64,000 nucleotides of DNA from Candidatus Sericytochromatia bacterium (GCA_036676985.1 JAKFBU010000004.1:64001-128000); one strand, 5' to 3'; positions 9,835 to 23,778 are shown, counted from the first letter of the stretch. The notes: generated from the letters alone by a model not told the origin. Program-made: numbers and translations.

Positions 9835-9864
9835 TCGCTGGTTCAGGTTGAGTGTCTGGTGCTC

Positions 9865-10356
9865 TTACAGGCAGACCAGGCCCGTCAGGGCGAAGGAGCG
9901 GCGGTAGTCGCCGTGCTGCTCGACCCACTTGGCCAGGCCGATCTCCCATGCGTACCACTCGACGAGGAAGAGGCCCTCGTCATGGCGGTGCTCGACCCGG
10001 TAGCAGTCGCGCAACCGGCCCGCGGGCGTATCGATCTCCTCGGGGCCCTTGACGTCGCAGGTCACCGTGCCGAGGTCCGAGTCCTCGTAGGTCCAGTGGG
10101 CGCCGTTGCGCAGGGGGAACTTCAACAGGGGAGACTCGAGGCACTCCGAGCGGAAGAGCGCCTTGCGGCTGACGACGAAGCTCTCCTCGCCGGCGCCGCT
10201 CGCGAAGCTCACCACGCCCCCGACGGGCGTCAGCCGGATCCGGTCGATCGCATAGACCACCGTCTCGCCGGTCAGCTGATCGGCGTACAGCCATTCGTAG
10301 CCCGCCACGAGCGGGTAGTAGGGATCCAGCGGGATCCGCTTGATGGCTTGCTTCAT
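9865..10356 (-). CDS. Hypothetical beta-rich protein
   Basis: ATG at 10356 after GAGGA; IDTPAG...EWYAWEIGLAK pattern seen in many uncharacterised proteins. Confidence 0.65.
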   Translation of the reverse strand: MKQAIKRIPLDPYYPLVAGYEWLYADQLTGETVVYAIDRIRLTPVGGVVSFASGAGEESFVVSRKALFRSECLESPLLKFPLRNGAHWTYEDSDLGTVTCDVKGPEEIDTPAGRLRDCYRVEHRHDEGLFLVEWYAWEIGLAKWVEQHGDYRRSFALTGLVCL

Positions 10357-10559
10357 GGGCCACCGTCCTCGGCGCGAGGGGCTCACCAAGCCCTACATAC
10401 CCATGAGTCGCAAGGCCTGAAACCCAGGCGATCACACGCCCTCGGGGCGTTCGCCGCGTCAGGCGAGCAAGGTCTTGATTTAGGAAGCTTAATGAAGCAA
10501 TATGATGGCTTGCTTGCAGGAGGCCGGAGGCGAGTCCGGCCCGGAAGAGGAGGCCCGGG

Positions 10560-11090
10560 GTGCGCCTGATCCCGCGAACCACCACCGCCGTCATCGTGCT
10601 GGGCATCGTCATCGGCCTGGCAGTCGGCCTGGGCACCCACACCTTCCTCTACGCCAAGGGATGGGCCTACCTCACCAACAACCCCCAGGCCTGCGCCGAG
10701 TGCCACATCATGGGCGACCACTACAACGCCTGGCTCAAGTCCAGCCATCATGCCGTGGCCACTTGCAACGACTGCCACACCCCGCACGGCCTCATCCCCA
10801 AGTACGCCTCCAAGGCCTACAACGGCTTCTTCCACAGCCTGGCCTTCACCACCGGCGACTTTCCGGACCCCCTGCAGATCAAGCCCATCAACCGCAAGCT
10901 CACCGAGCATGCCTGCGTCGAGTGCCACGAAGGCCTCGTCGAGAGCATCGGCGGCCATCCGGAGGGCCTGATCGCGACCGTCACGGGCCCGACTCCCGGG
11001 GCCTCCAAGGACAAAGTCTCGTGTATCCGCTGCCACTTCGACGTCGGACACCCCATGCTGGAGTCCGCCGCCGGCTATGACGTGAGGTGA
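10560..11090 (+). CDS. nrfH: Cytochrome c nitrite reductase small subunit NrfH
   Basis: N-terminal TM helix; four CxxCH (CAECH, CNDCH, CVECH, CIRCH). Confidence 0.92.
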   Translation: MRLIPRTTTAVIVLGIVIGLAVGLGTHTFLYAKGWAYLTNNPQACAECHIMGDHYNAWLKSSHHAVATCNDCHTPHGLIPKYASKAYNGFFHSLAFTTGDFPDPLQIKPINRKLTEHACVECHEGLVESIGGHPEGLIATVTGPTPGASKDKVSCIRCHFDVGHPMLESAAGYDVR

Positions 11091-11092
11091 CC

Positions 11093-12529
11093 ATGAACCA
11101 ACCCTCTCCTCCTCCGGGCGATCGCCCCCGCCGCTCCCGTCGCTTCGTGCTGTCGGTCATGGGCCTCACCCTCCTCACGGCGGTGGTGACAGCAGGCGTC
11201 ATGGCGCTCCTGTTCAACATCTTCGAGCGGCGCCAGGAGGCGCGCGCGCCCTTTCAGCGGGTCGTGGAGATCACCAGCGAGACCGAGGACCCGGCGATCT
11301 GGGGGAAGAACTTCCCGCACCAGTACGACGACTATCTCAAGACCGTGGACCAGGTGCGCACGCGCTACGGCGGCAGCGAGGGCGTGCCGCACTCGCCCAC
11401 CAAGGCCGATCCCCGGACGGTCGTGGCCCAGTCGCGCCTCGAGGAGGACCCGCGCCTCAAGACCATGTGGGCAGGCTATGCCTTCGCCGAGGACTTCCGC
11501 GAGGAGCGCGGCCATGCCCACATGCTGAGCGATCAGGTCTTCACGAAGCGCCAGGTCGTCGCCAAGCAGCCGGGCACCTGTATCCACTGCCACGCCTCCA
11601 TCGTCGTGCCCTACACCAAGGCCGGCGACGGTGACCTCTTGAAGGGCTTCGAGAAGGTCAACCAGATGCCCTACGCGGACGCCCGCAAGCTCGTGAAGCA
11701 CCCGGTCTCGTGCATCGATTGCCACGATCCAGGCACCATGCAGCTGCGCGTCACGCGGCCGGGCTTCATGGAAGGCATCAAGGTCCTCAAGGCCTCGCAG
11801 GGCGTCCAGAACTACGACGTGAACAAGATGGCCACCCGCCAGGAGATGCGCACGTTCGTCTGCGGCCAGTGCCACGTGGAGTACTACTTCCGCAAGTCCG
11901 ACAAGCGCCTCATCTACCCCTGGGAGAAGGGGGTCAAGGTCGATCAGATCATGGCCTACTACGACGAGAAGAAGCACTACGACTGGAAGCACGCCAAGAC
12001 CGGCGCAGAGGTGCTCAAGGCCCAGCACCCCGAGTTCGAGATGTACAACCAGGGCGTGCACGCCCGGGCCGGGGTCGCGTGCGCGGACTGTCACATGCCC
12101 TACAAGCGCGAGGGCGCCATGAAGATCAGCGACCACCACGTCAGCAGCCCGCTCCTGAAGATCAACCGCTCGTGCCAGACCTGCCACCACTGGCCCGAAG
12201 AGGAGCTGAAGGAGCGGGTCGAGACGCTGCAGAACCGTACCTTCGAGATGCGCAACCGGGCGATGGACTCCCTGGTGGCGCTCATCGGGGACATCGAGAC
12301 GGCGAGCGCCTCGGGAGCGACGGACACGCAGCTCGCGGGTGCGCGCGAGATGCAGCGCAAGGGCCAGTTCTACCTGGACTTCGTGGAGGCCGAGAACTCC
12401 ATGGGCTTCCACGCGCCGGAGGAGGCCCTGCGCATCCTGGGCGAGTCGATCGACTACACCCGCCAGGGGCAGCTGAAGCTGCGGGATGCCGGTGTGAAGG
12501 TGCAGAAGACGGCGGCCACGGTTCCCTAG
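11093..12529 (+). CDS. nrfA: Ammonia-forming cytochrome c nitrite reductase NrfA (CxxCH heme-1 variant)
   Basis: Five CxxCH, CGQCHVEYYF, KAQHPEFE, AENSMGFHAP. Confidence 0.92.
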   Translation: MNQPSPPPGDRPRRSRRFVLSVMGLTLLTAVVTAGVMALLFNIFERRQEARAPFQRVVEITSETEDPAIWGKNFPHQYDDYLKTVDQVRTRYGGSEGVPHSPTKADPRTVVAQSRLEEDPRLKTMWAGYAFAEDFREERGHAHMLSDQVFTKRQVVAKQPGTCIHCHASIVVPYTKAGDGDLLKGFEKVNQMPYADARKLVKHPVSCIDCHDPGTMQLRVTRPGFMEGIKVLKASQGVQNYDVNKMATRQEMRTFVCGQCHVEYYFRKSDKRLIYPWEKGVKVDQIMAYYDEKKHYDWKHAKTGAEVLKAQHPEFEMYNQGVHARAGVACADCHMPYKREGAMKISDHHVSSPLLKINRSCQTCHHWPEEELKERVETLQNRTFEMRNRAMDSLVALIGDIETASASGATDTQLAGAREMQRKGQFYLDFVEAENSMGFHAPEEALRILGESIDYTRQGQLKLRDAGVKVQKTAATVP

Positions 12530-12552
12530 CCGTCGGACTCCAGCCAAGACGA

Positions 12553-12584
12553 AAGCGGGCGGTCGCCGAAGCGACCGCCCGCTT
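12553..12584. terminator. Hairpin/bidirectional terminator between convergent nrfA and hydA
   Basis: AAGCGGGCGGTCGC-cgaa-GCGACCGCCCGCTT. Confidence 0.75.
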
Positions 12585-12596
12585 GTGATGCCAGGC

Positions 12597-14009
12597 TTAC
12601 CGCGCGGTCAGGGCCGCGTGCCTCTGCGGCATGCTGAGCGGGCTGCGGGAAAGGTAGCGGCCCTTGCCGCGATCGCCCACGTACTTGCCGCCCTCGACCG
12701 CCACCCGGCCGTTGACGAGCACGTAGGTCGGTACCCCGATGGTCTCGAAGCCCTCGAAGGGGTTGTAGTCCACCCGGTGGTGATGCGTCTTGGCCGAGAT
12801 GACGCCCTTGACCGTGGGGTCGAAGACCACGATGTCGGCGTCCGCCCCCACCGCGAGGGTGCCCTTGCGCGGGTGCAGGCCGAAGATCTTGGCCGGGTTG
12901 GTGGAGAAGATCTCGACGAAGCGGTTGAGGCTGATCCGCCCCGGCACCACGCCGTAGGTGTAGAGCAGGGCGAGCCGGTTCTCGATGCCCGGGGCCCCGT
13001 TCGGGATCTTGGCGAAGTTGTCCCGGCCCATCTGCTTTTCCTGGCCGAAGTTGAACGGGCAGTGGTCGGTGGCGACCGTCTGCACGTAGCCGTTCGCGAG
13101 GGCCTGCCACAGGGCCTCGTTGTCCTTGGCCTTGCGCAGGGGCGGGCTCATGACGTACTTGGCGCCGCCGAAGTCCGCCTCCTCGTAGCGGCTGTCGTCC
13201 AAGAGCAGGTACTGGGGGCAGGTCTCGGCCATGACGTGCTGGCCGTTGCACTGGGCGTGCTGCACGTGCCGCAGGGCCTCCTCGCAGGTCAGGTGCACGA
13301 CGTAGAGCGAGCGATCGGCCATGCCGGCCAGGGCGATCGCCCGGTGGGTCGCCTCGCCCTCGGCCTCCGCGGGCCGGCTCAGGGCGTGGTAGCGCGGGTG
13401 AACCTTGCCCTCGGCGACGAACTCCTTGACGAGCGCGTCGACCACCTCGGCGTTCTCGGCGTGCACCGTGACCAAGGCACCCAGGTCCCGGGTGCGGCGC
13501 ATGACCTGGAAGAGCCCCTCGTCGTCGATGCCGATGGAGCCCTTGTAGGCCATGAAGGTCTTGAAGCTCGTGATGCCCTCGGCGACGACCCTGGGCAGCT
13601 CGGCGGCGACCTTGTCGCTGTAGTGGGTGACGGCCATGTGGAAGGCGTAGTCGAAGACGGCCTTGTTGCGGGCCTTCTGGTGCCAGACCTCCAGGGCGTC
13701 CAGGAGGGGCTGGCCGCGCTCGGGCATGACGAAGTCGATGACGCTCGTGGTGCCGCCGACCGAGGCTGCGATGGAGCCCGTCTCGAAGTCGTCGGTCGAG
13801 AAGGAGCCCATGAAGGGCATGTCGAGGTGGGTGTGCACGTCGACGCCGCCCGGGAAGACGAGCTGGCCCGAGGCGTCGATGACCGTGTCGCCCGGATGGG
13901 CGTCCAGCTTGTGGCCGATCGCCACGATCGTGCCGTCCTGGATGTACAGGTCGGCGCGCATGCGCTCGGACGAGGTGACGAGCTCGCCATTCTGGATCAA
14001 GACGCCCAT
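12597..14009 (-). CDS. hydA: Dihydropyrimidinase / D-hydantoinase
   Basis: PGGVDVHTH, SFKTFMAY, VHAEN, ETCPQYL, MSPPLR, ATDHCPF. Confidence 0.93.
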   Translation of the reverse strand: MGVLIQNGELVTSSERMRADLYIQDGTIVAIGHKLDAHPGDTVIDASGQLVFPGGVDVHTHLDMPFMGSFSTDDFETGSIAASVGGTTSVIDFVMPERGQPLLDALEVWHQKARNKAVFDYAFHMAVTHYSDKVAAELPRVVAEGITSFKTFMAYKGSIGIDDEGLFQVMRRTRDLGALVTVHAENAEVVDALVKEFVAEGKVHPRYHALSRPAEAEGEATHRAIALAGMADRSLYVVHLTCEEALRHVQHAQCNGQHVMAETCPQYLLLDDSRYEEADFGGAKYVMSPPLRKAKDNEALWQALANGYVQTVATDHCPFNFGQEKQMGRDNFAKIPNGAPGIENRLALLYTYGVVPGRISLNRFVEIFSTNPAKIFGLHPRKGTLAVGADADIVVFDPTVKGVISAKTHHHRVDYNPFEGFETIGVPTYVLVNGRVAVEGGKYVGDRGKGRYLSRSPLSMPQRHAALTAR

Positions 14010-14157
14010 GGGACCTCCTTTGCACGAAAGCGGGCAACCGAAAGTCCCAGCCTACCATAAGGGACGCTATGTCGTCAGTATGACAACTCAGGAGCCGGAG
14101 TTAAGGCCCGTTTCAGCGAATCGAGACGCTGACGCGGGCCTAGGGGGGCGGTTTTGC

Positions 14158-14397
14158 TTAGACTTTCTGGCCGTACTTCTGCTCGAGGTAAGGCAGGATC
14201 TTCTCTTCGTCGTCCAGAACCGTGTCGCCATCCACCAGGACGGGGACCGAGGGCTGGCCCGAGACCTGGATGACTTCCTGGCGCTGGCTGCGATCGCGCG
14301 GCACGTTGATGTTGATGTAGGTGATCTGGAGCTCGCTGAGCTTCTCCCGCACCATCTTGCAGTAGGGGCAGCTCTCGAACTGGTAAAGCTTCATCAT
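14158..14397 (-). CDS. Glutaredoxin-like protein
   Basis: CPYC motif and SVPVLVDG. Confidence 0.85.
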   Translation of the reverse strand: MMKLYQFESCPYCKMVREKLSELQITYININVPRDRSQRQEVIQVSGQPSVPVLVDGDTVLDDEEKILPYLEQKYGQKV

Positions 14398-14538
14398 GGG
14401 CTACGTCTCCTTGTAGGGGGGTGGCTCCATTATAACGGACTTCTGGCGGAGGGGTTGCAAACCGTGCTAAGATAAGGCGTTGGGGCGGGTCTTGCTTTCC
14501 CGCGCCGACGGAAACCTGATCTGAGAAGGAGACGGCGC

Positions 14539-14922
14539 ATGAGTGACGGACCCCGCAAGGAACGATTGGGCCAGGTCTTGCTGTCGCAAGGCATCATCAC
14601 CGACGAGCAGCTCGAGCATGCCCTCGGCGAGCAGGCCAAGAAACCCTACATGCGCCTGGGTGAGCTGCTCTTCAGCCTCGGCTACCTCACCTTCAACCAG
14701 CTCGAGCAGCAACTGGAGCAGCAGTACCGGGACATGCGCCTCGGCCAGATGCTCGTGCGCAAGAGCCTCATCACCGTCGACCAGCTCGAAGAGGCGATCA
14801 TCGAGCACGAGAACACGGGCCTGCTCCTGGGGCACCTGGTGATCCGGCTCGGCTTCTGCACCCTGGAGCAGGTGTCCAAGGTGCTCGAAGAACAGCGCAC
14901 GCTGGCCGCCCAGTACCACTAG
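14539..14922 (+). CDS. Stand-alone MshEN-repeat protein (putative c-di-GMP binder)
   Basis: Four RLGxxLLxxGxITxxQLxxxLxxQ-type repeats make up almost the whole protein. Confidence 0.8.
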   Translation: MSDGPRKERLGQVLLSQGIITDEQLEHALGEQAKKPYMRLGELLFSLGYLTFNQLEQQLEQQYRDMRLGQMLVRKSLITVDQLEEAIIEHENTGLLLGHLVIRLGFCTLEQVSKVLEEQRTLAAQYH

Positions 14923-14931
14923 ACGATCTTC

Positions 14932-14959
14932 CTGGCCGCTTCGGCGGCCAGTTTCTTTT
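14932..14959 (+). terminator. Rho-independent terminator
   Basis: CTGGCCGC-ttcg-GCGGCCAG followed by TTTCTTTT. Confidence 0.75.
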
Positions 14960-15199
14960 GGACGCCGCCCCGTCCCTGCGAGGAACGCTCCTGGAGCCGC
15001 GGCGGCGACCGAAGCGCCCCAAATTGTTCGGCCGATCAAGCGGGTCGTTTTGGGTTGTCATCCATGCTCCGAGGGTGTATGTTGGCGGCAGGCCCCCGGT
15101 TCGCGCGAACCCTTGCAACGTCGACGGCGACGTCTGTGGGCGGGGCCGTGCCACTCTTCCCCGGCATGGCGCCGGGTATGACAATGGAGTCATCAGAAG

Positions 15200-17891
<2,692 letters not shown>

Positions 17892-17897
17892 AACGAG

Positions 17898-17925
17898 AAG
17901 CGGGGGGCCATTGGCCCCCCGCTTT
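17898..17925. terminator. Bidirectional terminator
   Basis: AAGCGGGGGGCCA-t-TGGCCCCCCGCTTT between convergent genes. Confidence 0.7.
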
Positions 17926-17940
17926 CCGATGCATGCGGGT

Positions 17941-18147
17941 CTAGCGCCGGCGGGTGGTCTGCTGCTCCGCCATCTTGCCGCGCTCGATCAGCTCCTTGAC
18001 CTTCTGGCCGCCCTTCTGGCCGATCTCGGAGTAGAACTCGACGCCCCGCTCTTGGAGGACCTTCTCGCCGCCGAGTCTACCGGCTTCGCGCACCGTCAGG
18101 TTTCCTTTTTCGAGGCTCTGACGCCCCATTGGCCGTTTCGCCGCCAT
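17941..18147 (-). CDS. KGG-repeat general stress protein
   Basis: TVREAGRLGG...EFYSEIGQKGG; AGGAGG RBS. Confidence 0.8.
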   Translation of the reverse strand: MAAKRPMGRQSLEKGNLTVREAGRLGGEKVLQERGVEFYSEIGQKGGQKVKELIERGKMAEQQTTRRR

Positions 18148-18202
18148 GGTGAACCCTCCTTGACCCATCCCGGGGGGAGCTTTCCCCCCACCTCACGAAT
18201 GG

Positions 18203-18454
18203 TTATTCGCCCAGCGAACGCTTGCCGGCGTCGATGAGCTCGCGAACCTTGTTGCCGCCCTTCTTCCCGATCTCCGAGTAGAACTGCGGGCCATACTTTT
18301 GCTTGGTGGTGTTGCCGCCCTTGCGGCCACCGATCTGACCACCCTTGTGGCCGATTTCCGAGTAGAACTCGGGTCCGTATTCTTCCTTGACCTTGTTCCC
18401 GCCCAGGCGTCCCGCCTCGCGGGTGGTCATATCTCCGCGGCCCTTTCCTGGCAT
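18203..18454 (-). CDS. KGG-repeat general stress protein (GsiB/Em-like)
   Basis: Two FYSEIGxKGG repeats; AAGGAGG RBS. Confidence 0.85.
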   Translation of the reverse strand: MPGKGRGDMTTREAGRLGGNKVKEEYGPEFYSEIGHKGGQIGGRKGGNTTKQKYGPQFYSEIGKKGGNKVRELIDAGKRSLGE

Positions 18455-18750
18455 GCTGATCCTCCTTTGCATCGGGTGGGGGCCTAACCCAGAGGCCCTT
18501 GGAATCGCCCTACGGAATGAACCCCACCTCTTTAAGAAACTTTACGAAGAAGTCTAAAAAGGCCTACGACCTCTGTCAATCTTTGCTAGGTTCCTGAAAC
18601 CCCCGAACGTCGACCCTCCTACTTGCCCGCTCAGGGGTGGGAAGCCGATGGCTCAAGGCTGGATCGCCCAAGGGTCTTGGGCCGCATTGGCATGGGCGCA
18701 CCGGAGGGCATGTCGGTACGCTCGCAGAGGGATTTGCGCGAGGTGAGGAC

Positions 18751-19827
<1,077 letters not shown>

Positions 19828-19941
19828 CCATCGCTCGAGCGATCGCCGTTGCCCGGCCTCCGCTCCGCGCCTCCTCCTAAGGAGCGCGGGCGGGGCGATC
19901 CCCGCCATCCGCGCTGGGCATGCGACGGCGAGACCCGACAC

Positions 19942-19970
19942 TTGACGCTTAATGTTTTGTTACATATGAT
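19942..19970 (+). promoter_or_regulatory. sigma70-type promoter of ftsH
   Basis: TTGACG-17bp-TATGAT in an AT-rich patch. Confidence 0.7.
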
Positions 19971-20047
19971 CGGGCTCCTGGAAGACGGCCGCCGCTTGGC
20001 CGTCTTCGGGCTGGATGAGCGCGGCATGGGCTAGGAAGGGGCGTCCG

Positions 20048-21883
20048 ATGGAAGACAACGGCGGCAAGCTCTGGTGGTACCTGGCCTTCCTGGTCGTGGT
20101 GTGGGTCGGCTTCATGGTGTTCTTTCCCGCGGGCTCCTCGCGGGCGGATCTCTCTTACAGCGCGTTCCGGGAGCAGGTCGCGGCCGGCAACGTCAGCCAG
20201 GTCACGCTCCAGGGCCATCGTGCGGAGGGGCAGTTCGAGCGGCCGGTGCCCATCGCGAAGGACGGCAAGCAGGTTCCCTACTCCTCGTTCGCGACCACGC
20301 TGCCGCCGGTGGACGATCCGCGGCTCCTGCCGTTGCTGGAGTCCAAGGGGGTCGAGGTCTCGGCCAAGCCAGAGGCGAGCCGCTGGTGGCTCGATCTGCT
20401 GCTCCTGGGCGCGCCCATCGTGCTCCTGTTCGTGCTCCTGAGCCGCATGGGCGGTGGCGGGGCGGGCCAGCAGAGTGCGTTCACCTTCGGGCAGTCCAAG
20501 GCCAAGCTCTACACCACCGAGCGCCCCAAGGTCACGTTCTCGGACGTGGCGGGCGAGGACGAGGCCAAGCAGGAGCTGGTGGAGGTCGTGCAGTTCCTCA
20601 AAGAGCCGGGCAAGTTCCGCAAGCTGGGCGCCAAGATCCCCAAGGGCGTGCTCCTGGTGGGTCCGCCGGGGACGGGCAAGACCCTCTTGGCCCGGGCCGT
20701 CGCGGGTGAGGCCGGCGTCCCCTTCTTCTCCATCTCGGGCACGGAGTTCGTCGAGATGTTCGTGGGCGTCGGCGCGAGCCGCGTGCGCGACCTGTTCGAG
20801 AAGGCCAAGTCCCGGGCTCCGGCCATCATCTTCGTGGACGAGATCGACTCGGTGGGCCGCCGCCGGGGCGTGGGCATGGGCAACGTCAACGACGAGCGCG
20901 AGCAGACGCTCAACCAGCTCCTGTCCGAGCTGGACGGCTTCGAGCCGCACCAGGAGGTCATCGTCATCGCGGCGACCAACCGGCCCGACGTGCTGGACCC
21001 GGCCCTCTTGCGGCCGGGGCGCTTCGACCGGCGCGTGACGGTGGGACTGCCGGATCGGGCGGGCCGCGAGGCCATCCTCAAGATCCACACGGCCAAGGTG
21101 CCCCTGGCTCCAGACGTGGACATGGTGAGTCTCGCCTGGGAGACTCCCGGCTTCTCGGGGGCGGACCTGGCGAACCTCGTGAACGAGGCGGCCCTGCTCG
21201 CTGCCACCAAGAACGAGAGCCAGGTGACGGCCAAGGACTTCGACGAGGCCAAGGACAAGATCATCCTCGGCGTGCGGCGCAACACGATGCTGGATCCCAA
21301 GGAGCGGAAGCTGGTGGCCTACCACGAAGCGGGTCATGCCCTCGTCGCGCACCTGTTGCCGAACGCGGATCCGCTGCGCAAGGTGACGATCATTCCCCAC
21401 GGCCATGCCCTGGGCGTGACGCAGATGCTGCCGCAGGACGAGAAGTACTCGTTCCCGCGGGGCTACCTGCTGGACAAGATGGCCGTGCAGCTGGGCGGCC
21501 GGGCGGCCGAGGAGCTGGTGTTCGGTGAAGTGACGACGGGCGCCGAGAACGACCTGCTGGAGATGACGAAGCTCGCCCGGCGGATGGTGCTGCGCTGGGG
21601 CATGGGCGAGAACCTGGGGCCCCAGGCCTTCGACCTCGACATGGACTCGGGGTACCTGGGCATGGAGATGCCGAACCTCGAGAAGTCCTACTCCGAGGAG
21701 ACGGCCTCTATGATCGACCAGGAGGTGCGGCGGCTGACGTCGGAGGCCTACGACCGGGCGAGGCTCATCCTCACGGAGCACCGGGACAAGCTCAACAGCC
21801 TGGCCGAGACGCTCCTGGCCGAGGAGTCGCTCGATGCGCACCAGATCGAGGGGTTGGTCGGGGCGAAGATCCGGGCGAGCTAG
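20048..21883 (+). CDS. ftsH: ATP-dependent zinc metalloprotease FtsH
   Basis: Two TM helices, [28 protein letters not shown]. Confidence 0.96.
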   Translation: MEDNGGKLWWYLAFLVVVWVGFMVFFPAGSSRADLSYSAFREQVAAGNVSQVTLQGHRAEGQFERPVPIAKDGKQVPYSSFATTLPPVDDPRLLPLLESKGVEVSAKPEASRWWLDLLLLGAPIVLLFVLLSRMGGGGAGQQSAFTFGQSKAKLYTTERPKVTFSDVAGEDEAKQELVEVVQFLKEPGKFRKLGAKIPKGVLLVGPPGTGKTLLARAVAGEAGVPFFSISGTEFVEMFVGVGASRVRDLFEKAKSRAPAIIFVDEIDSVGRRRGVGMGNVNDEREQTLNQLLSELDGFEPHQEVIVIAATNRPDVLDPALLRPGRFDRRVTVGLPDRAGREAILKIHTAKVPLAPDVDMVSLAWETPGFSGADLANLVNEAALLAATKNESQVTAKDFDEAKDKIILGVRRNTMLDPKERKLVAYHEAGHALVAHLLPNADPLRKVTIIPHGHALGVTQMLPQDEKYSFPRGYLLDKMAVQLGGRAAEELVFGEVTTGAENDLLEMTKLARRMVLRWGMGENLGPQAFDLDMDSGYLGMEMPNLEKSYSEETASMIDQEVRRLTSEAYDRARLILTEHRDKLNSLAETLLAEESLDAHQIEGLVGAKIRAS

Positions 21884-21907
21884 CAGCGAGGCCCTTGACG
21901 GCGCTCC

Positions 21908-22102
21908 CTAGCGGGGGCGTCGTTTGGCCATGAAGGAGTAGCCCACCCCGCCCAGGGAGACGAGACCCAGGACGAAGTTCAGGGCGATCGCGGGCAGGTC
22001 GGCCGAGCCTTCCTGCAGCCCCGCGAGCCCGGCCACGAGGCACAGGGCGCCCACGAAGGCGATCATGACGACGATCAGCACGCACCCCTCCTCCTGTGTC
22101 AT
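21908..22102 (-). CDS. Small two-TM membrane protein
   Basis: Two hydrophobic segments and a basic C-terminus. Confidence 0.5.
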   Translation of the reverse strand: MTQEEGCVLIVVMIAFVGALCLVAGLAGLQEGSADLPAIALNFVLGLVSLGGVGYSFMAKRRPR

Positions 22103-22125
22103 GCCGCCGACGGCACGTAAGGGGA

Positions 22126-23778
22126 TTATGCCCGGTCCGAGCCGATTCTAATGGGGAGGCGCTTGAGGGCCGCGGGGTAGACGTTCAGGCCGCTGCCGAG
22201 AAGCGTGTCGAAGACGTGGCGCGTCTCGGGGGACTGCAGGGCCCGCAGGATGGTCTCGAGCGGATAGGAGCGCGAGAGCTCCACATCCGCGGGATCCAGC
22301 GCGAGGCGGTGGCGCCGGGCGACGGTGGGATCCAGGTCCGCCAGCTGGTACTTGGGCTGGAGGCAGATGAGGCTGTCGTCGGTGTAGTAACCGTCCCGGT
22401 CGATGGCGGCCTCTAGCCCGCGCGCGCCCGTCACCTTGGCGACCACGATCTTGGGACGCTCGAAGAGCTCAGGAAAGAGGGGGCGGTACAGGTCCGCCGG
22501 CCGGTAACGCAGGTACTTGCCGCGCCATGTGAGGCGGCCGTCGCGCAGGCAGTCGCCTTTGAGGAGCGGTCGGTCGTCCGGCCCCTCTTGAGCCTCCAGG
22601 TGGAAGCGGGAGATGGGCACGCCACGCACGCCCCAGGTGGCGATCGCCACCCGCCCCAGCGGCATCCCGTCGGCGAAGAGCCGCAGGGCCTCTTCGAGCT
22701 CCTGGGCCGAGCGGTCCGTACGCAGGACGAGGCCGGGCATGCGCTCGAAGAGGGCCTGGGGGACTGACGCGGCGGGCTGGAGCCGGACGACATGGTCCCT
22801 GGGCGCCGCGCCCGCGCGGGCCAGGAGCGAGATGGTCGGGATGGGGCAGAAGGCGGGATTCTCGCGCACTTCGAGGACTTGAGCCTCATGCAGGAGGCGG
22901 GCCCGCGTCCCCTCGGCATACTCCTCGCTCAGGAAGGCCCGGGGCAGCACCAGGCCCAGGCGACCGCCGGGCGGCAGCCGGTCGAGTGCCTGCTCGACGA
23001 AACAGACGAAGAGGTCGAAGCGGCCCCGCAACCCCGGGAAGCGGGAGCGCAACGCGGCGCGCTCCGCGGCGTCCAGGCGCTCGACGTTGAGAAAGGGCGG
23101 GTTTCCGAGCACGACCTCGATGCCCTCCGGCCAGTCCAGCAGGCCGTCCGCCACGCGCAGGTTTCGTTGCAACTCGCGCGGAGCCAGCGTGGGGTCGCCG
23201 ATCTCGAGCCAGATCCCCAGGAGCGCGAGGCCCACGGCGACGGGATCCCGGTCGGTGCCGTGGAGGCAGTTAAGGGCGAGCCGGGCGCGCTCCGCGGGGG
23301 CGGCGTCGGCGGCCAGGCGGCGCAGGGCAGAGACGAGGAAGGCCCCGCAGCCCATGGCCGGGTCGTGGATCCTCGGAGTGCCGTGGGAGAGGGCCTCGGC
23401 GACGAGGCGGTCGGCGATCGCCTCCGGCGTGAAGTAGCTGCCCTGCTGCTTGCGGACCGCCCGTGCGGCGAGCCCGGCCTCGTGCCGGGCCCCCACGGCA
23501 TGCAGGTCCCACCCCCGGGTGGTGCGCAGGGTCTCGTCGAGGGTCGTGATGGGCAGCGGCGAGAACGGACCGCCGACCGCGGGGTCCAGGAGGGTGCCCC
23601 GGAAGCTCGGCAGGCCCATGGCCGGGTCACCGCCCGTCAGCAAGCCTTGCAGGGCCTGAAGGTGGGCAGGACCGTGGCGGGACAGGGCGATCGCGGCATA
23701 GCCCGGCTGATCGAGCGGCAGCAATCCGCGCCGCTCGGCCTCGAGGATAAAGGAGAGGCGAAGGCTCTCTAGTGCCAC
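22126..23778 (-). CDS. Amino (probably N6-adenine) DNA methyltransferase, Eco57I/TaqI-like, apparently orphan
   Basis: GSYFTP, DPAMGCGAFL (motif I), GNPPF (motif IV); GTG start at 23778 inferred from overlap with the upstream stop. Confidence 0.8.
   Translation of the reverse strand: MALESLRLSFILEAERRGLLPLDQPGYAAIALSRHGPAHLQALQGLLTGGDPAMGLPSFRGTLLDPAVGGPFSPLPITTLDETLRTTRGWDLHAVGARHEAGLAARAVRKQQGSYFTPEAIADRLVAEALSHGTPRIHDPAMGCGAFLVSALRRLAADAAPAERARLALNCLHGTDRDPVAVGLALLGIWLEIGDPTLAPRELQRNLRVADGLLDWPEGIEVVLGNPPFLNVERLDAAERAALRSRFPGLRGRFDLFVCFVEQALDRLPPGGRLGLVLPRAFLSEEYAEGTRARLLHEAQVLEVRENPAFCPIPTISLLARAGAAPRDHVVRLQPAASVPQALFERMPGLVLRTDRSAQELEEALRLFADGMPLGRVAIATWGVRGVPISRFHLEAQEGPDDRPLLKGDCLRDGRLTWRGKYLRYRPADLYRPLFPELFERPKIVVAKVTGARGLEAAIDRDGYYTDDSLICLQPKYQLADLDPTVARRHRLALDPADVELSRSYPLETILRALQSPETRHVFDTLLGSGLNVYPAALKRLPIRIGSDRA

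Noticed and set aside
10470-10510. FNR box upstream of nrfH
   Set aside because: Only a TTGAT half-site, without the ATCAA partner
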